From a bacterium (GTDB taxonomy: Bacteria > JAMCPX01), in assembly GCA_037439545.1 (NCBI GenBank), contig JBBIVV010000004.1, positions 14,887-78,886 of the forward strand: a stretch of DNA of 64,000 bases. Direction: 5' to 3'. A program made the position numbers and the translations under genes. This document shows, in pieces, positions 47,465 through 57,610 of the stretch (the first letter of the stretch is position 1; each line of letters opens with the position of its first letter). Below the pieces are notes generated by a model. That model did no database searches, was not told the origin of the DNA, and saw nothing but the letters and a program-made list of their open reading frames with translations.

Positions 47465-47911
47465 ATAACTTGTTTATGTAACTTGTTGAGATCACAAGCT
47501 AAACTAATTTGAGAAACACACAAGTTTTTCAACACCTGTGGAAAACAATATAACTTCATATAAAACAGCACGTTACACCATCGTTTTTATGGTCAATGAT
47601 AGCAATTTTGAAGAAAGAATTCATGCGATATTTACAACCAACAGGTAGTATACTCACAAAAAAGAACCACAACTTGTTGATATTGTCCAACATATTGAAA
47701 AATAAAGACATTTTTATGTTTTTCATGGGGTTATATTATGCTTTAATTAATCCTTGTCAAGTATTTATTTACCTGTTTAAAATTTTACTTTGGTAAAGGA
47801 CGAAATTCACTCACAGGGTTTACCGGCGACAAGAAACTTCTACGGAATGAATGTCCTGAAAAATCTTTTTTAAATTGAAATTTTCTGTTACAGTAAGATA
47901 ATGAGATATGC

Positions 47912-49297
47912 ATGAAAAAAGAGATAATTGCAAAACAAGACACGATTACAGCCATAGCTACACCGGCTGGTGAAGGTGCTATAGGTATAGTCAGAATAAG
48001 CGGCAGCCATGCAGAGCAGGTACTTAAAAAGATTTTTAAACCGATCCATTCCATAAAAAGATATATAAGCCATAGAATGTACTATGGCGCCATTTATGAA
48101 AGGCCGGATACAATTATCGATCAAGTCATGATCGTTCTTATGAGGGCGGATAAAACATACACAGGCGAGGACATGGTTGAGATATACACGCATGGCGGCT
48201 CAGCTGTTATCCATGCTGTTTTGCAGGTCACTCTTGATGCAGGGGCAAAGCTTGCTCAAAGAGGCGAATTCACGAGAAGGGCATTTTTAAACGGTAAGAT
48301 GGATCTGCTCCAGGCAGAAGCGGTTGTAGATCTTATCAAAGCAGACAACGATGCGGCAAGAAAACAGGCGATAAACCAGATAACAGGCGTACTTTCCCAA
48401 TTTATCCTGTCCATAAAAGAAAAACTCATGCAGGTCAAAACAAATATAGAAGTCATGATAGATTTTCCTGAAGAAGACAGTGTCCCCAAGCAAACAGAAG
48501 ACTTAAAGGTTATCCTGCAAGCAGCGTATGATGAAGTTGCACATGTATTGCGAAACTATGAGCAGGCAAAGATCATAAGACAGGGAATTAGCGTTCTATT
48601 CATAGGAAGACCAAATGCAGGCAAGTCCAGCCTTTTTAATGCCATGCTTGGGGAAAACAGGGCAATTGTCACACCAGACCCAGGAACGACAAGAGATTAC
48701 ATAGAAGAATCAATTAGTTACAATGGACTAAAGATTACGCTCACAGACACGGCAGGGTTGAGAACCAGTGAAGAACCTGTGGAAAAAATAGGAATTGGGA
48801 TGACAAAAAAGCTTATAAAAACAACAGATATTATAGCACTTCTTATTGATCCAAACCAGCACACCGATTATGAAGAGGAGCTTGCAACAGCAGAAGGACA
48901 AAAAGATAAGATCATTATTGTAATAAATAAAATAGATATCACGGAAAAGGCAAAGATTGAGAAAGTAGAGAAGATATTCAAAGGGTATAAGGTATTTTCA
49001 ATTTCGGCCCTGACAAAACAGGGTATAGAATCATTAAAGCAAGGCATTGCAGCACCGGACCAGCTGCCGTCCATAGAAAACACGCCGGTCATTAACAGGC
49101 AAAGGCATAAACAGGCGCTTGAGCATATGGAGCTTTCTATCAATGCAGCCATAAACTTAATAGAACAACAGGCGTTCACAGAAATTATTGCAGAAGAGGT
49201 TGACAGTGCACTGTTTGCTTTAAAGGATCTGACAGGGGAGGTAACGGCAGAGGATGTGCTTGAAAGGATCTTTTCAGAGTTCTGTATAGGGAAATAA
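47912..49297 (+). CDS. mnmE: tRNA modification GTPase MnmE
   Basis: 461 aa with G-domain GRPNAGKSS, DTAGLR, NKID and the C-terminal CIGK motif. Confidence 0.9.
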   Translation: MKKEIIAKQDTITAIATPAGEGAIGIVRISGSHAEQVLKKIFKPIHSIKRYISHRMYYGAIYERPDTIIDQVMIVLMRADKTYTGEDMVEIYTHGGSAVIHAVLQVTLDAGAKLAQRGEFTRRAFLNGKMDLLQAEAVVDLIKADNDAARKQAINQITGVLSQFILSIKEKLMQVKTNIEVMIDFPEEDSVPKQTEDLKVILQAAYDEVAHVLRNYEQAKIIRQGISVLFIGRPNAGKSSLFNAMLGENRAIVTPDPGTTRDYIEESISYNGLKITLTDTAGLRTSEEPVEKIGIGMTKKLIKTTDIIALLIDPNQHTDYEEELATAEGQKDKIIIVINKIDITEKAKIEKVEKIFKGYKVFSISALTKQGIESLKQGIAAPDQLPSIENTPVINRQRHKQALEHMELSINAAINLIEQQAFTEIIAEEVDSALFALKDLTGEVTAEDVLERIFSEFCIGK

Positions 49298-49370
49298 ACC
49301 TCGCAAATACTTTCCCCTCTTGTCAATTACCCGGGCATCACTGTTTTACTAATGCAATTTTTCGGGTACA

Positions 49371-50165
49371 TCAACGTCCTTTGAAAACAGCCTCACGCCT
49401 TTCAAGAAAGGATTGGACACCTTCTGTTGCATCGGCGCTTTTCATTATTGGCATAAGATCGACAAGAAGTCTCGATAAAGCCGCCTTATCTCCTTCAAGC
49501 CGTGCCGTTCTTGCAGAGAGTAAAGATGCCTGAACGCCAAGCGGCGCCTGTAGAGCGATATGCTTTGCCAATTCAAGTGCCCGGTCAAATTGTCGTCCGG
49601 GTTCTGTCAATTCCTGAACAAGCCCAAGACGGAATGCCTCCTGTGATCGGATCTCATCTCCTGTGAGCAGATACCGCATGGCATTGCCCCAGCCTATTTC
49701 CTGAAGCAACCGGACAGTTGCGCCGCCGACAGGGTAGATACCCCTGCAAACCTCCATTTGCCGAAAACTGGTATCCGTAGAGGCGATACGCACGTCACAG
49801 GCAAGCATCAGTTCAATCCCTATGGTATAGCATAGACCCTGGATGGCCATGACTACGGGCTTTGAAATTCTCCTGTCTTCATCAATGCCCAGAGGATCGA
49901 ATGCACCGGCAGGCAAGGGAGGAAAAGACCCTTTTGCAAAAACTCCTGCCCATTGTGCCAGGTCCAATCCGCTTGTAAAATGATCGCCGTGCGCAAAGAT
50001 CAGCCCGCACCGCAGTTCTTTGTCGATCTGCAGTTCGCCGTAAGCTTTCGCAAGATCGATATACATGTCTACGTCGAAGGCGTTACGTTTTTCAGGCCTG
50101 TTTAAGCCTATCAGCAGAACATGGTTCCGCGTTTCTACGGTAATCTTTTGTTGACCCATATTCAT
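49371..50165 (-). CDS. Enoyl-CoA hydratase/isomerase (crotonase) family
   Basis: 264 aa with LNRPEKRNAF and the crotonase fold. Confidence 0.8.
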   Translation of the reverse strand: MNMGQQKITVETRNHVLLIGLNRPEKRNAFDVDMYIDLAKAYGELQIDKELRCGLIFAHGDHFTSGLDLAQWAGVFAKGSFPPLPAGAFDPLGIDEDRRISKPVVMAIQGLCYTIGIELMLACDVRIASTDTSFRQMEVCRGIYPVGGATVRLLQEIGWGNAMRYLLTGDEIRSQEAFRLGLVQELTEPGRQFDRALELAKHIALQAPLGVQASLLSARTARLEGDKAALSRLLVDLMPIMKSADATEGVQSFLERREAVFKGR

Positions 50166-50262
50166 TCTCCTTCAAGAACACTTATTTTTTTATTATACAC
50201 CCATAAAACAATAAGTCCACTTACCTTGACAGAACCTGCACTATTATTGTAAACAAGTCTTT

Positions 50263-51729
50263 ATGAACAACATATATTATATAATAACGGGATTAGCGAT
50301 TGGCGGAATGATCCAGGGATGTGCAGCGGCGAACAGCGCGGGTAACTCAAAAACAGGACTGAATGTAACCGGAAAACAGACGGTTTCAGTATCAAAGCAG
50401 GCAGAAAGCGGCACAGCATGTGCGAATATGACCGGAACGGACATTACGTCTGCTGCTTCAGTCAGTACAACCACAGAAGAGGACATGTCCGATGTAATAG
50501 CACACAGCACGGCACCGGCAAGCCTTGAAAAAATAACCACGGAAACAGATATACCCATGGTCATGAATGAAAAGGTGCAATATTTTATAAATTATTTTTC
50601 GGATAATCAGCATGACATATTCGAGAAATGGCTCGAGCGATCGGAGCAGTATGTACCCAAGATGAAAAAGACCCTGAAGGCAAACGGACTGCCCGAGGAT
50701 CTAGTTTATATGGCTCTTATAGAAAGCGGGTTCAACACCCATGCCATGTCGAGACGCAGCGCATGCGGGCCGTGGCAGTTTATAAGAAGCACGGCGAAAC
50801 TTTATAATTTAAAGGTCAACTGGTGGGTAGACGAGAGGAGGAATCCCGAGAAGTCAACTCTTGCAGCAGCACGGTATCTGAAAAACCTGTATGATACGTT
50901 CGGCTCATGGTATCTTGCAGAGGCAGCTTATAACGCAGGACCGGTCAAGATTATGAGGGCGATGCAGAGACAGAAGACGGATAATTTCTGGAGTCTTGCA
51001 GAACACCGGTACTTGAAAAAGGAAACGAGGGATTATGTGCCGAAACTTATAGCAGCCGCCATGATAGCAAAAAATCCGGCAGCATACGGATTCTCAGACC
51101 TGACCTACGAGAAACCCATTCATGATGACAGGATAACGCTGAACCGTCAGATGGATCTCCATGTTGCAGCAAAGCTCGCAGGTGTAGATTATCAAACGAT
51201 AAAACAGCTTAACCCGGAACTTATGAGGTGGGCGACCCCTCCTGTCCCGGATTATATCTTAAATATACCTGCAGGGACAAAGGAGCAATTTATCACGGGG
51301 CTCGCGGATATGCCTGCAAGGGAATTGTTCAGCTATAAGAGATATACTGTGCGGCGAGGCGACTCACTCTATGTTATCGCACGAGAGTACGGTGTACCGC
51401 TTTACGAATTAAAGACTATGAACAACATACGGCAGGTAAAGAGATTAAGGCCAGGCCAGGCAATCATAATACCGGTGAGTCCGTATACGCGGAGACAGGA
51501 AATAACTTCTGCAAAACGGACAAAAACAGTGACCGTTGCTTATGCAGAGCCAAGAGCGAGTTCGAGATATATCTACTACAGAGTGAAGCAGGGAGATACG
51601 CTCTGGGACATAGCACAAAAATTTGATGTAACGATTTCAAAAATCAAATATAGCAACAGGCTCAGCGGCAGGCTTATAAAACCCAATATGATACTCAAGA
51701 TACCGAAGATCATTGCCAGAGAAGATTAG
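50263..51729 (+). CDS. Lytic transglycosylase (MltD-like) lipoprotein with two LysM domains
   Basis: Lipobox IQGC, SLT catalytic region (MALIESGFNTHAMSRRSACGPWQF), two C-terminal LysM repeats (YTVRRGDSLYVIAREYGV; YRVKQGDTLWDIAQKFDV). Confidence 0.75.
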   Translation: MNNIYYIITGLAIGGMIQGCAAANSAGNSKTGLNVTGKQTVSVSKQAESGTACANMTGTDITSAASVSTTTEEDMSDVIAHSTAPASLEKITTETDIPMVMNEKVQYFINYFSDNQHDIFEKWLERSEQYVPKMKKTLKANGLPEDLVYMALIESGFNTHAMSRRSACGPWQFIRSTAKLYNLKVNWWVDERRNPEKSTLAAARYLKNLYDTFGSWYLAEAAYNAGPVKIMRAMQRQKTDNFWSLAEHRYLKKETRDYVPKLIAAAMIAKNPAAYGFSDLTYEKPIHDDRITLNRQMDLHVAAKLAGVDYQTIKQLNPELMRWATPPVPDYILNIPAGTKEQFITGLADMPARELFSYKRYTVRRGDSLYVIAREYGVPLYELKTMNNIRQVKRLRPGQAIIIPVSPYTRRQEITSAKRTKTVTVAYAEPRASSRYIYYRVKQGDTLWDIAQKFDVTISKIKYSNRLSGRLIKPNMILKIPKIIARED

Positions 51730-51758
51730 AAGCGCAAAACTTACAAAGGAGCGGCGAA

Positions 51759-52838
51759 ATGGCTGATATCGAATTAGAAAGGCAGGTCCTCAATGCGCTG
51801 AGCAAAGTTGAGGATCCGGAACTCAAAAAAGATGTGGTCAGTCTCGGTATGATAAGAGACTTGAAAATAGAGAACGGGAAGGTGAGCTTCAGATTTGTTT
51901 TGACAACACCCGCGTGCCCGCTTGCAGACAGCCTCAACAGCGCAGTGCGGGATGCAGTGGGATCTTTAAGCTGGGTAAAATCCGTAGACATAAAGCAGGA
52001 TGCGCAGGTAAGCAAATCCCGCACAACAGGTCCGCAGAAACCGTTACCGATAGAGGGCATTAAAAATATCATAGCAGTCGGCAGCGGCAAGGGCGGGGTC
52101 GGCAAGTCGACGGTCAGCGTAAATCTTGCCGTAGCACTTGCACAAACCGGTGCAAAGGTAGGACTCATTGATGCGGATATTTATGGCCCGGATGTACCCA
52201 TGCTGCTCGGTATAACCCCTGAGCAAAGGCTTGCCATTGCACAAAAAGAGCAGCTTGAGCCAGTTGAGGCATACGGACTGAAAGCTATCTCCATAGGTTT
52301 AATCCTGCCGGATGATACGCCGGTTATTTGGAGAGGTCCGCTGATAAGCCAGATGATAGAACAGTTTCTGAGGCAGATTAAATGGGGAGAGATCGACTAT
52401 ATGATTGTAGATCTGCCCCCGGGCACAGGGGATATACAGTTGACCCTTGTACAGAAGGCTCCGATAACAGGGGCTGTAATCGTTTCAACCCCTCAGGATG
52501 TATCTATGCTGGATGCAACAAAGGCAATAAATATGTTTTTAAAAGTAGAGGTGCCGGTTCTCGGTATGGTCGAGAATATGAGTTACTTTATTTGCCCGCA
52601 CTGCGGCGAGCAGACCAATATCTTCGGTACCGGCGGAGTCGAGACAGCTGCACACAAGCTCTGCATAGACTTTATTGGAAGAATACCCCTGGAGTCGCGC
52701 GTAAGAGAGGGCGGGGATACCGGCAAACCAATCGCGGCAGCGGAGCAATCGTCAAAAACAGCGCAGGAATTCCGCACAATAGCATCAAAGGTTGCAGCAA
52801 AGCTGAGTATGCTGAACCTTTCCGGTGGAGAAAAATAG
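51759..52838 (+). CDS. apbC: Fe-S cluster carrier ATPase Mrp/ApbC (with N-terminal DUF59)
   Basis: Deviant Walker A GKGGVGKST and CPHCG Fe-S ligands. Confidence 0.85.
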   Translation: MADIELERQVLNALSKVEDPELKKDVVSLGMIRDLKIENGKVSFRFVLTTPACPLADSLNSAVRDAVGSLSWVKSVDIKQDAQVSKSRTTGPQKPLPIEGIKNIIAVGSGKGGVGKSTVSVNLAVALAQTGAKVGLIDADIYGPDVPMLLGITPEQRLAIAQKEQLEPVEAYGLKAISIGLILPDDTPVIWRGPLISQMIEQFLRQIKWGEIDYMIVDLPPGTGDIQLTLVQKAPITGAVIVSTPQDVSMLDATKAINMFLKVEVPVLGMVENMSYFICPHCGEQTNIFGTGGVETAAHKLCIDFIGRIPLESRVREGGDTGKPIAAAEQSSKTAQEFRTIASKVAAKLSMLNLSGGEK

Positions 52839-52841
52839 AAC

Positions 52842-54503
52842 TTGTCCGGAACAAACGGCAATAAACAGTACGATGTAGCCATTATCGGCGGAGGCATCAA
52901 CGGTACTGGAATTGCAAGAGACTGCGCCATGCGCGGTTTAACGGTGGCGCTTTTCGAAAAGAACGATCTTGCTTCAGGCGCAACCGGTGCATGTACAGGT
53001 ATGATCCACGGCGGTGCAAGGTATCTTTTGAATGATATAAACACGACGCGGTTATCAAGCCTTGATTCCGGCTATATACAGAAGATCGCGCCGCACCTGC
53101 TTTTCAGGATACCGTTTGTCACACCGGTATTGAAACAGGACCCGGTCCCGAAAATCTATATTGAACTCCTTGAAACATTTTTTGAAGCTTATGATAAATT
53201 TGCCCCCCTTAAAAACAGTAAACCGCACACAAGGCTGACCAGGGAGGAACTGAAGGCTCTGGAGCCCGGAATTACGGACGATGCGATGGGCGCCATTTCA
53301 TTCGACGAGTATGGCATAGATACCTTCAGATTGTGTGCAGAGAATGCCCTGTCGGCAGCAGAGTATGGAGCGGAAATACACAACCATGCGGAAGTGGTGC
53401 AACTGCTGATGGCGGATAAAGAAGTCAAGGGGGTAAGAGTAAAAGATGCATTTACCGGCGAAACAAAGGATGTGCATGCAAAACTGGTCATGAATGCAGC
53501 AGGGCCGTGGCTGTCCGGCATGGCAGGACTTGCAGGTGCACGCGTACAAATACGGCCCGGGAAAGGTATCCACCTCATCCTCGACAGACGTGCATCGAAC
53601 ATAGGCATTGTCATAAAGGCCATAGACGGCAGGCAGGTCTTTATGATGCCCCACGACAATACGTTTATCATCGGGACAACGGATGACGATTACTATGGCA
53701 GCCTTGACAACCTCTGGGCAACACGCGATGAGATCGAATATCTTTTACAGGCGGCAGAGCATTATTTTCCCCGCATAAGGGAATACAGGATCATGCGTGT
53801 AATGATCGGTATAAGACCCACACTATATGCATGGGGAAAGAATGAAGACGCCCTTTACCGGGAGCACAGAATATTCGACCATGAGACGGAGGACGGCATA
53901 AAGGGTTTTCTGACCATAGCGGGCGGAAAGCTTGCAAGTTACCGGCTTATGTCGGAAGAAACAGCAGACCTTCTCTGTAAAAAACTCAACTGTAATAATA
54001 CCTGTAAGACCCACACAGAGCCATTACCCGGCGGTCATTTTATTCCGGATGTCTACGAGCTTGCCGGGCGGTATAAGCTTGACCCCTACGCTGTCTCAAG
54101 GATGGCTTATAGGCACGGCTCAAAGACAGAAGAGATTTTAAAATTAACGGTCGAAGAACCATCGAACAGCAATTTAGTGTGCGAATGTGAACCCGTTATG
54201 GAAGCTGAGATCAGATATGCCATACGGAATGAATGGGCAAGGACCATCCCGGACATCAGAAGAAGGACAAGACTCGGTACAGGTTCGTGCCAGGGCAGAA
54301 GGTGCACTGTGCGGGCAGCGTACATTCTCGGAGAGGAACTCGGGCTCGGTTCCGCCGGGATTAAAAAATTAATACAAGGCTTTATGAAAGAACGATGGAA
54401 GGGCAAGGCTCCGATACTTACGGACAAGCAGCTTGCAGAAGAGGAGCTGAACCTGGCAACACATATACTTTCAGACAACTTAAACGTTATTATTGAAACG
54501 TGA
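52842..54503 (+). CDS. glpA: Anaerobic glycerol-3-phosphate dehydrogenase subunit A
   Basis: FAD motif YDVAIIGGGINGTGIARD and a C-terminal BFD-like Cys cluster (CECEP...CQGRRC). Confidence 0.8.
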   Translation: MSGTNGNKQYDVAIIGGGINGTGIARDCAMRGLTVALFEKNDLASGATGACTGMIHGGARYLLNDINTTRLSSLDSGYIQKIAPHLLFRIPFVTPVLKQDPVPKIYIELLETFFEAYDKFAPLKNSKPHTRLTREELKALEPGITDDAMGAISFDEYGIDTFRLCAENALSAAEYGAEIHNHAEVVQLLMADKEVKGVRVKDAFTGETKDVHAKLVMNAAGPWLSGMAGLAGARVQIRPGKGIHLILDRRASNIGIVIKAIDGRQVFMMPHDNTFIIGTTDDDYYGSLDNLWATRDEIEYLLQAAEHYFPRIREYRIMRVMIGIRPTLYAWGKNEDALYREHRIFDHETEDGIKGFLTIAGGKLASYRLMSEETADLLCKKLNCNNTCKTHTEPLPGGHFIPDVYELAGRYKLDPYAVSRMAYRHGSKTEEILKLTVEEPSNSNLVCECEPVMEAEIRYAIRNEWARTIPDIRRRTRLGTGSCQGRRCTVRAAYILGEELGLGSAGIKKLIQGFMKERWKGKAPILTDKQLAEEELNLATHILSDNLNVIIET

Positions 54504-54506
54504 TGT

Positions 54507-55841
54507 ATGGATTATGATGTAATTATTATAGGCAGCGGTATTGCAGGTACACTTGCGGCCATCAATGCGGCAAAAACAAAGAAGGTCGCTATAGTCAGAA
54601 AAGGGTACGCTGCTACGGCATTATCTTCCGGCGCATTTGATATCGCAGGCGGGACAGGGAAAAGAAACAGGCCTTTTAAAGGTTTCATAAATTTGACCGA
54701 AGCCATCGGCACTATTCTCGAGAACGAGCCGCTTCACCCTTACTCAATCCTTTCTGCGATCTTTTCAGGGGACCGGTTCCAGGAATTTTCAAGCATGGTC
54801 AAGACCATAGGCGATCAATTCTTCGGCGAGCTTGAAGCGGCCGGGATACGGTATGAAGGTTCATGGGAAAACAATATGATCATACCCAACCAGCATGGAA
54901 CCTTCAAGGTCACTTCTTTCTGCCAATCATCGATGACATCGGGGAACCTTGCAAGATTGATGGGCAGGACAATATTGTTCCTCGGTTTTGAGAAGACAGC
55001 CATACATAATAAAACAAGAGCATCGTTTCTCTCTGATATCCTTTCAAAGTACGGACTTGTGTCCTTTAAAAAAATTGGCTATACAAATGTGAATTTTCAG
55101 TCACAGGGCATACCATGCAATGCGCATGATTTCATATCCCTTGCCGGTATGATGGACAAAGACGAACAAGCGGGGAAAGTAGTAGCTGTATTGAAACGAT
55201 CTCTGGAAAAAACGGATTATGATCATGTGTTTATTCCCCCTATTATGGGTATTACAAGGCACCGTGATGTTTTAAAGATGTTCAGGGACAATTTCGGGGA
55301 TACTGTTTCGGAGTTTTTGTCACCCCCTTCTTCTGCGCCGGGTCTGAGACTTCAGTACGCACTGGACAAGCTCCTTGTCCAGCACGGGGTTACCGTCATA
55401 GACGGTGATGTTATGCGCAATGAATCCATTGATACGGTTAAAACGATTCACATAACATTCAAAGACGGCAGGACCGCATCTTTATCGGCAAACATTTTTG
55501 TGCTTGCAACAGGAAAATTCATAAGTAACGGAATTGTGAACAAGAAAGCATGGCAGGAGTCCGTGTTTGGCCTGCCTGTTTTTATAGATTCGCGCCGGGT
55601 CAGCGATCCGTTCCCGATGAACTATCTTACGGACGATCCTTTTGATGACCAGAAGCTCTTCTCGATAGGAGTTAAGGTAGACAGGAATTTAATGCCTCTT
55701 GATGAGGATGACAAGGTCGTATATAAAAATCTGTATGCAGCCGGCTCAATACTTTCGGGGTACAATTATATCTACGATAAAACCGGCATGGGGACAGCAA
55801 TGATAACAGGTGCAAAAGCCGGGATATTTTCAGCAGGGTAG
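54507..55841 (+). CDS. glpB: Anaerobic glycerol-3-phosphate dehydrogenase subunit B
   Basis: FAD motif YDVIIIGSGIAGTLAA; position and size fit GlpB. Confidence 0.65.
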   Translation: MDYDVIIIGSGIAGTLAAINAAKTKKVAIVRKGYAATALSSGAFDIAGGTGKRNRPFKGFINLTEAIGTILENEPLHPYSILSAIFSGDRFQEFSSMVKTIGDQFFGELEAAGIRYEGSWENNMIIPNQHGTFKVTSFCQSSMTSGNLARLMGRTILFLGFEKTAIHNKTRASFLSDILSKYGLVSFKKIGYTNVNFQSQGIPCNAHDFISLAGMMDKDEQAGKVVAVLKRSLEKTDYDHVFIPPIMGITRHRDVLKMFRDNFGDTVSEFLSPPSSAPGLRLQYALDKLLVQHGVTVIDGDVMRNESIDTVKTIHITFKDGRTASLSANIFVLATGKFISNGIVNKKAWQESVFGLPVFIDSRRVSDPFPMNYLTDDPFDDQKLFSIGVKVDRNLMPLDEDDKVVYKNLYAAGSILSGYNYIYDKTGMGTAMITGAKAGIFSAG

Positions 55842-55843
55842 GT

Positions 55844-56242
55844 ATGGGTAGAAAAGATATACTTGCATTACTGAATCTCGCATACAGGCTGGTCATCCAT
55901 ATAATGAAAAAGCCTTTAAAATGGACAAAGGGATACAACGGCTTTGATGCATTCGTAAGTCAGTATAAAGGGCTTCCCCCGGTCAGCAATGAAACAAGGG
56001 CCTCATATCCGTCCCTGTCAGGGTGCATAGATTGCGGCATCTGCATTGCTGAATGCAGGGAAATAAAGCACGAAGTGCCGCCCGTGTATCTGTATGTTAG
56101 TTATTCAAGGCTTCTGCCCGATCTTTTCTATTCCGATAAATTACTTAAGGCGTGCACGGATTGCGATACCTGCCTGGTTCATTGTCCGACAGGCCTGCAC
56201 ATGAAGGAACTTGTACTCCTGTACAGGGATATGGTTCATTGA
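55844..56242 (+). CDS. Ferredoxin-type 2x[4Fe-4S] protein; truncated GlpC-like subunit lacking CCG domains
   Basis: 132 aa with CIDCGICIAEC and CTDCDTCLVHCP. A canonical GlpC is ~400 aa with two CCG domains, which are absent here. Confidence 0.55.
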   Translation: MGRKDILALLNLAYRLVIHIMKKPLKWTKGYNGFDAFVSQYKGLPPVSNETRASYPSLSGCIDCGICIAECREIKHEVPPVYLYVSYSRLLPDLFYSDKLLKACTDCDTCLVHCPTGLHMKELVLLYRDMVH

Positions 56243-57381
56243 TAAAAAGAGAAAAATGGATCAAAACATTTCTCGAAAGATCTTACCAGAATAACAGAGT
56301 ACACATCCTTAAAAACGGCACGGAAGCGTTTCCTGCAATGCTTGAAGCTATAAAAAACGCCCAAGAGACGATCAATCTCGAATTTTACAAAATTGCCAGT
56401 GACAATACAGGCTGGAAATTTGCAAGGCTGCTCGCAGATAAAAGTAAGCAGGGGTGCAGTGTAAGCATAATCTATGATGCCATAGGCTCCATAGAAACAG
56501 GCGACGGCTTTTTTGATTATTTAAGAGAAAACCGTGTAAAGTTGCTGGAGTTTAACCCCTACGCTCCGTTCATCAGGAAACATTGGGGCTGGGTTCACAG
56601 AGATCACAGAAAGATAATGATCGTTGACGGAAGAATAGGTTTTATCGGAGGTATCAACCTCACAGATGAGTATACAGATTCCGATCGGGCGGCAGCATGG
56701 AGGGATACCGATTTATGTATTGAAGGACCGGCAGTAAGAGAATTGCAAAAACTTTTTCTCTCCACATGGCTCAGCAAGGAAGCAGGCAGGAAAGACACGA
56801 ATAGGTTCTTTCCTTTTATAGAGCCTAAAGGCGATGTTACGCTGAAGATACTCGGGAGCAAAGAAAGAAAAAACAGAAGGATCATCCGGCGGGATTATAT
56901 GGGCGCAATAAAGAACTCGGGAAAATATGTATGCATAGAAAGCGCTTATTTTATTCCGGACAGGGGTGTCCAGAGAGTGTTAAAGAATGCCATAAAACGA
57001 GGGGTAAGCGTTATCCTGATTCTACCTGCAAAATCAGACATAACGGCAGTGCAGTATGCGAGTAGAAGGATGTATCACAGGCTTTTAAAGTGGGGAGCTA
57101 AAATATTCCTGTGGCAAAGCACGGTCCTGCATGCCAAGACCGCTGTTATAGATGACCGCTGGAGCACAGTCGGATCCTTTAACATAGACAGGATTAGTCT
57201 GCTGCATAATCTCGAAGTGAATGTTGCCGTAATGAATGAAAAATTCAGCAAGGAGATGAAAGCCTTCATGGATTTGGACCTGAAGAATTGTAAGGAGCTT
57301 GATTTAAATGAGTGGAAAAAACGGCCGATTGTAGAAAAGCTGCTTGAAAGGATATTTCATCTTATGAAATATTGGCTGTAA
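56239..57381 (+). CDS. cls: Cardiolipin synthase, PLD-type (ClsB-like, no N-terminal TM)
   Basis: Two HKD motifs (HRKIMIVDG; HAKTAVIDD). Start ambiguous: TTG 56239 coupled to the upstream stop, or ATG 56152 with a 91-nt overlap. Confidence 0.75.
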   Translation: MIKREKWIKTFLERSYQNNRVHILKNGTEAFPAMLEAIKNAQETINLEFYKIASDNTGWKFARLLADKSKQGCSVSIIYDAIGSIETGDGFFDYLRENRVKLLEFNPYAPFIRKHWGWVHRDHRKIMIVDGRIGFIGGINLTDEYTDSDRAAAWRDTDLCIEGPAVRELQKLFLSTWLSKEAGRKDTNRFFPFIEPKGDVTLKILGSKERKNRRIIRRDYMGAIKNSGKYVCIESAYFIPDRGVQRVLKNAIKRGVSVILILPAKSDITAVQYASRRMYHRLLKWGAKIFLWQSTVLHAKTAVIDDRWSTVGSFNIDRISLLHNLEVNVAVMNEKFSKEMKAFMDLDLKNCKELDLNEWKKRPIVEKLLERIFHLMKYWL

Positions 57382-57434
57382 ACCTAAAAGCTGGGCAAAT
57401 TACAGATTCCGCCGGTGAGCCGGAAAAACGGGTT

Positions 57435-57460
57435 CACAGTGTTTCACGTGAAACACTGTG
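57435..57460. promoter_or_regulatory. 26-bp perfect palindrome CACAGTGTTTCACGTGAAACACTGTG (operator-like)
   Basis: Self-complementary. Its core TGTTTCACGTGAAACA recurs at 57595-57610. Confidence 0.3.
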
Positions 57461-57594
57461 AAGGTATGGTGCAAGGATTCGCACCTGCAACCGGTTATCC
57501 AGTATCATGCAATTGATTATTCATTAAATAGTGCTATAATACCCTAAAGGCTTAACCACGAGAGAAAGGACCCGCCTTTTCAGCGCGGGGAAAA

Positions 57595-57610
57595 TGTTTC
57601 ACGTGAAACA
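57595..57610. promoter_or_regulatory. Second copy of 16-bp palindrome TGTTTCACGTGAAACA, 2 nt upstream of the mnmG start codon
   Basis: Exact repeat of the core of the 57435-57460 palindrome. Confidence 0.3.

Noticed and set aside
50166-50262. Sigma70-like promoter (TTGACA at ~50228) for the lytic transglycosylase gene
   Set aside because: A -35-like hexamer is present but no acceptable -10 at 16-18 nt spacing; too weak to call.
56152-56238. ATG 56152 as the cls start
   Set aside because: It would overlap the upstream ferredoxin gene by 91 nt. The ClsB-type alignment begins near the TTG at 56239, which is coupled to the upstream stop. It remains a possible alternative start.
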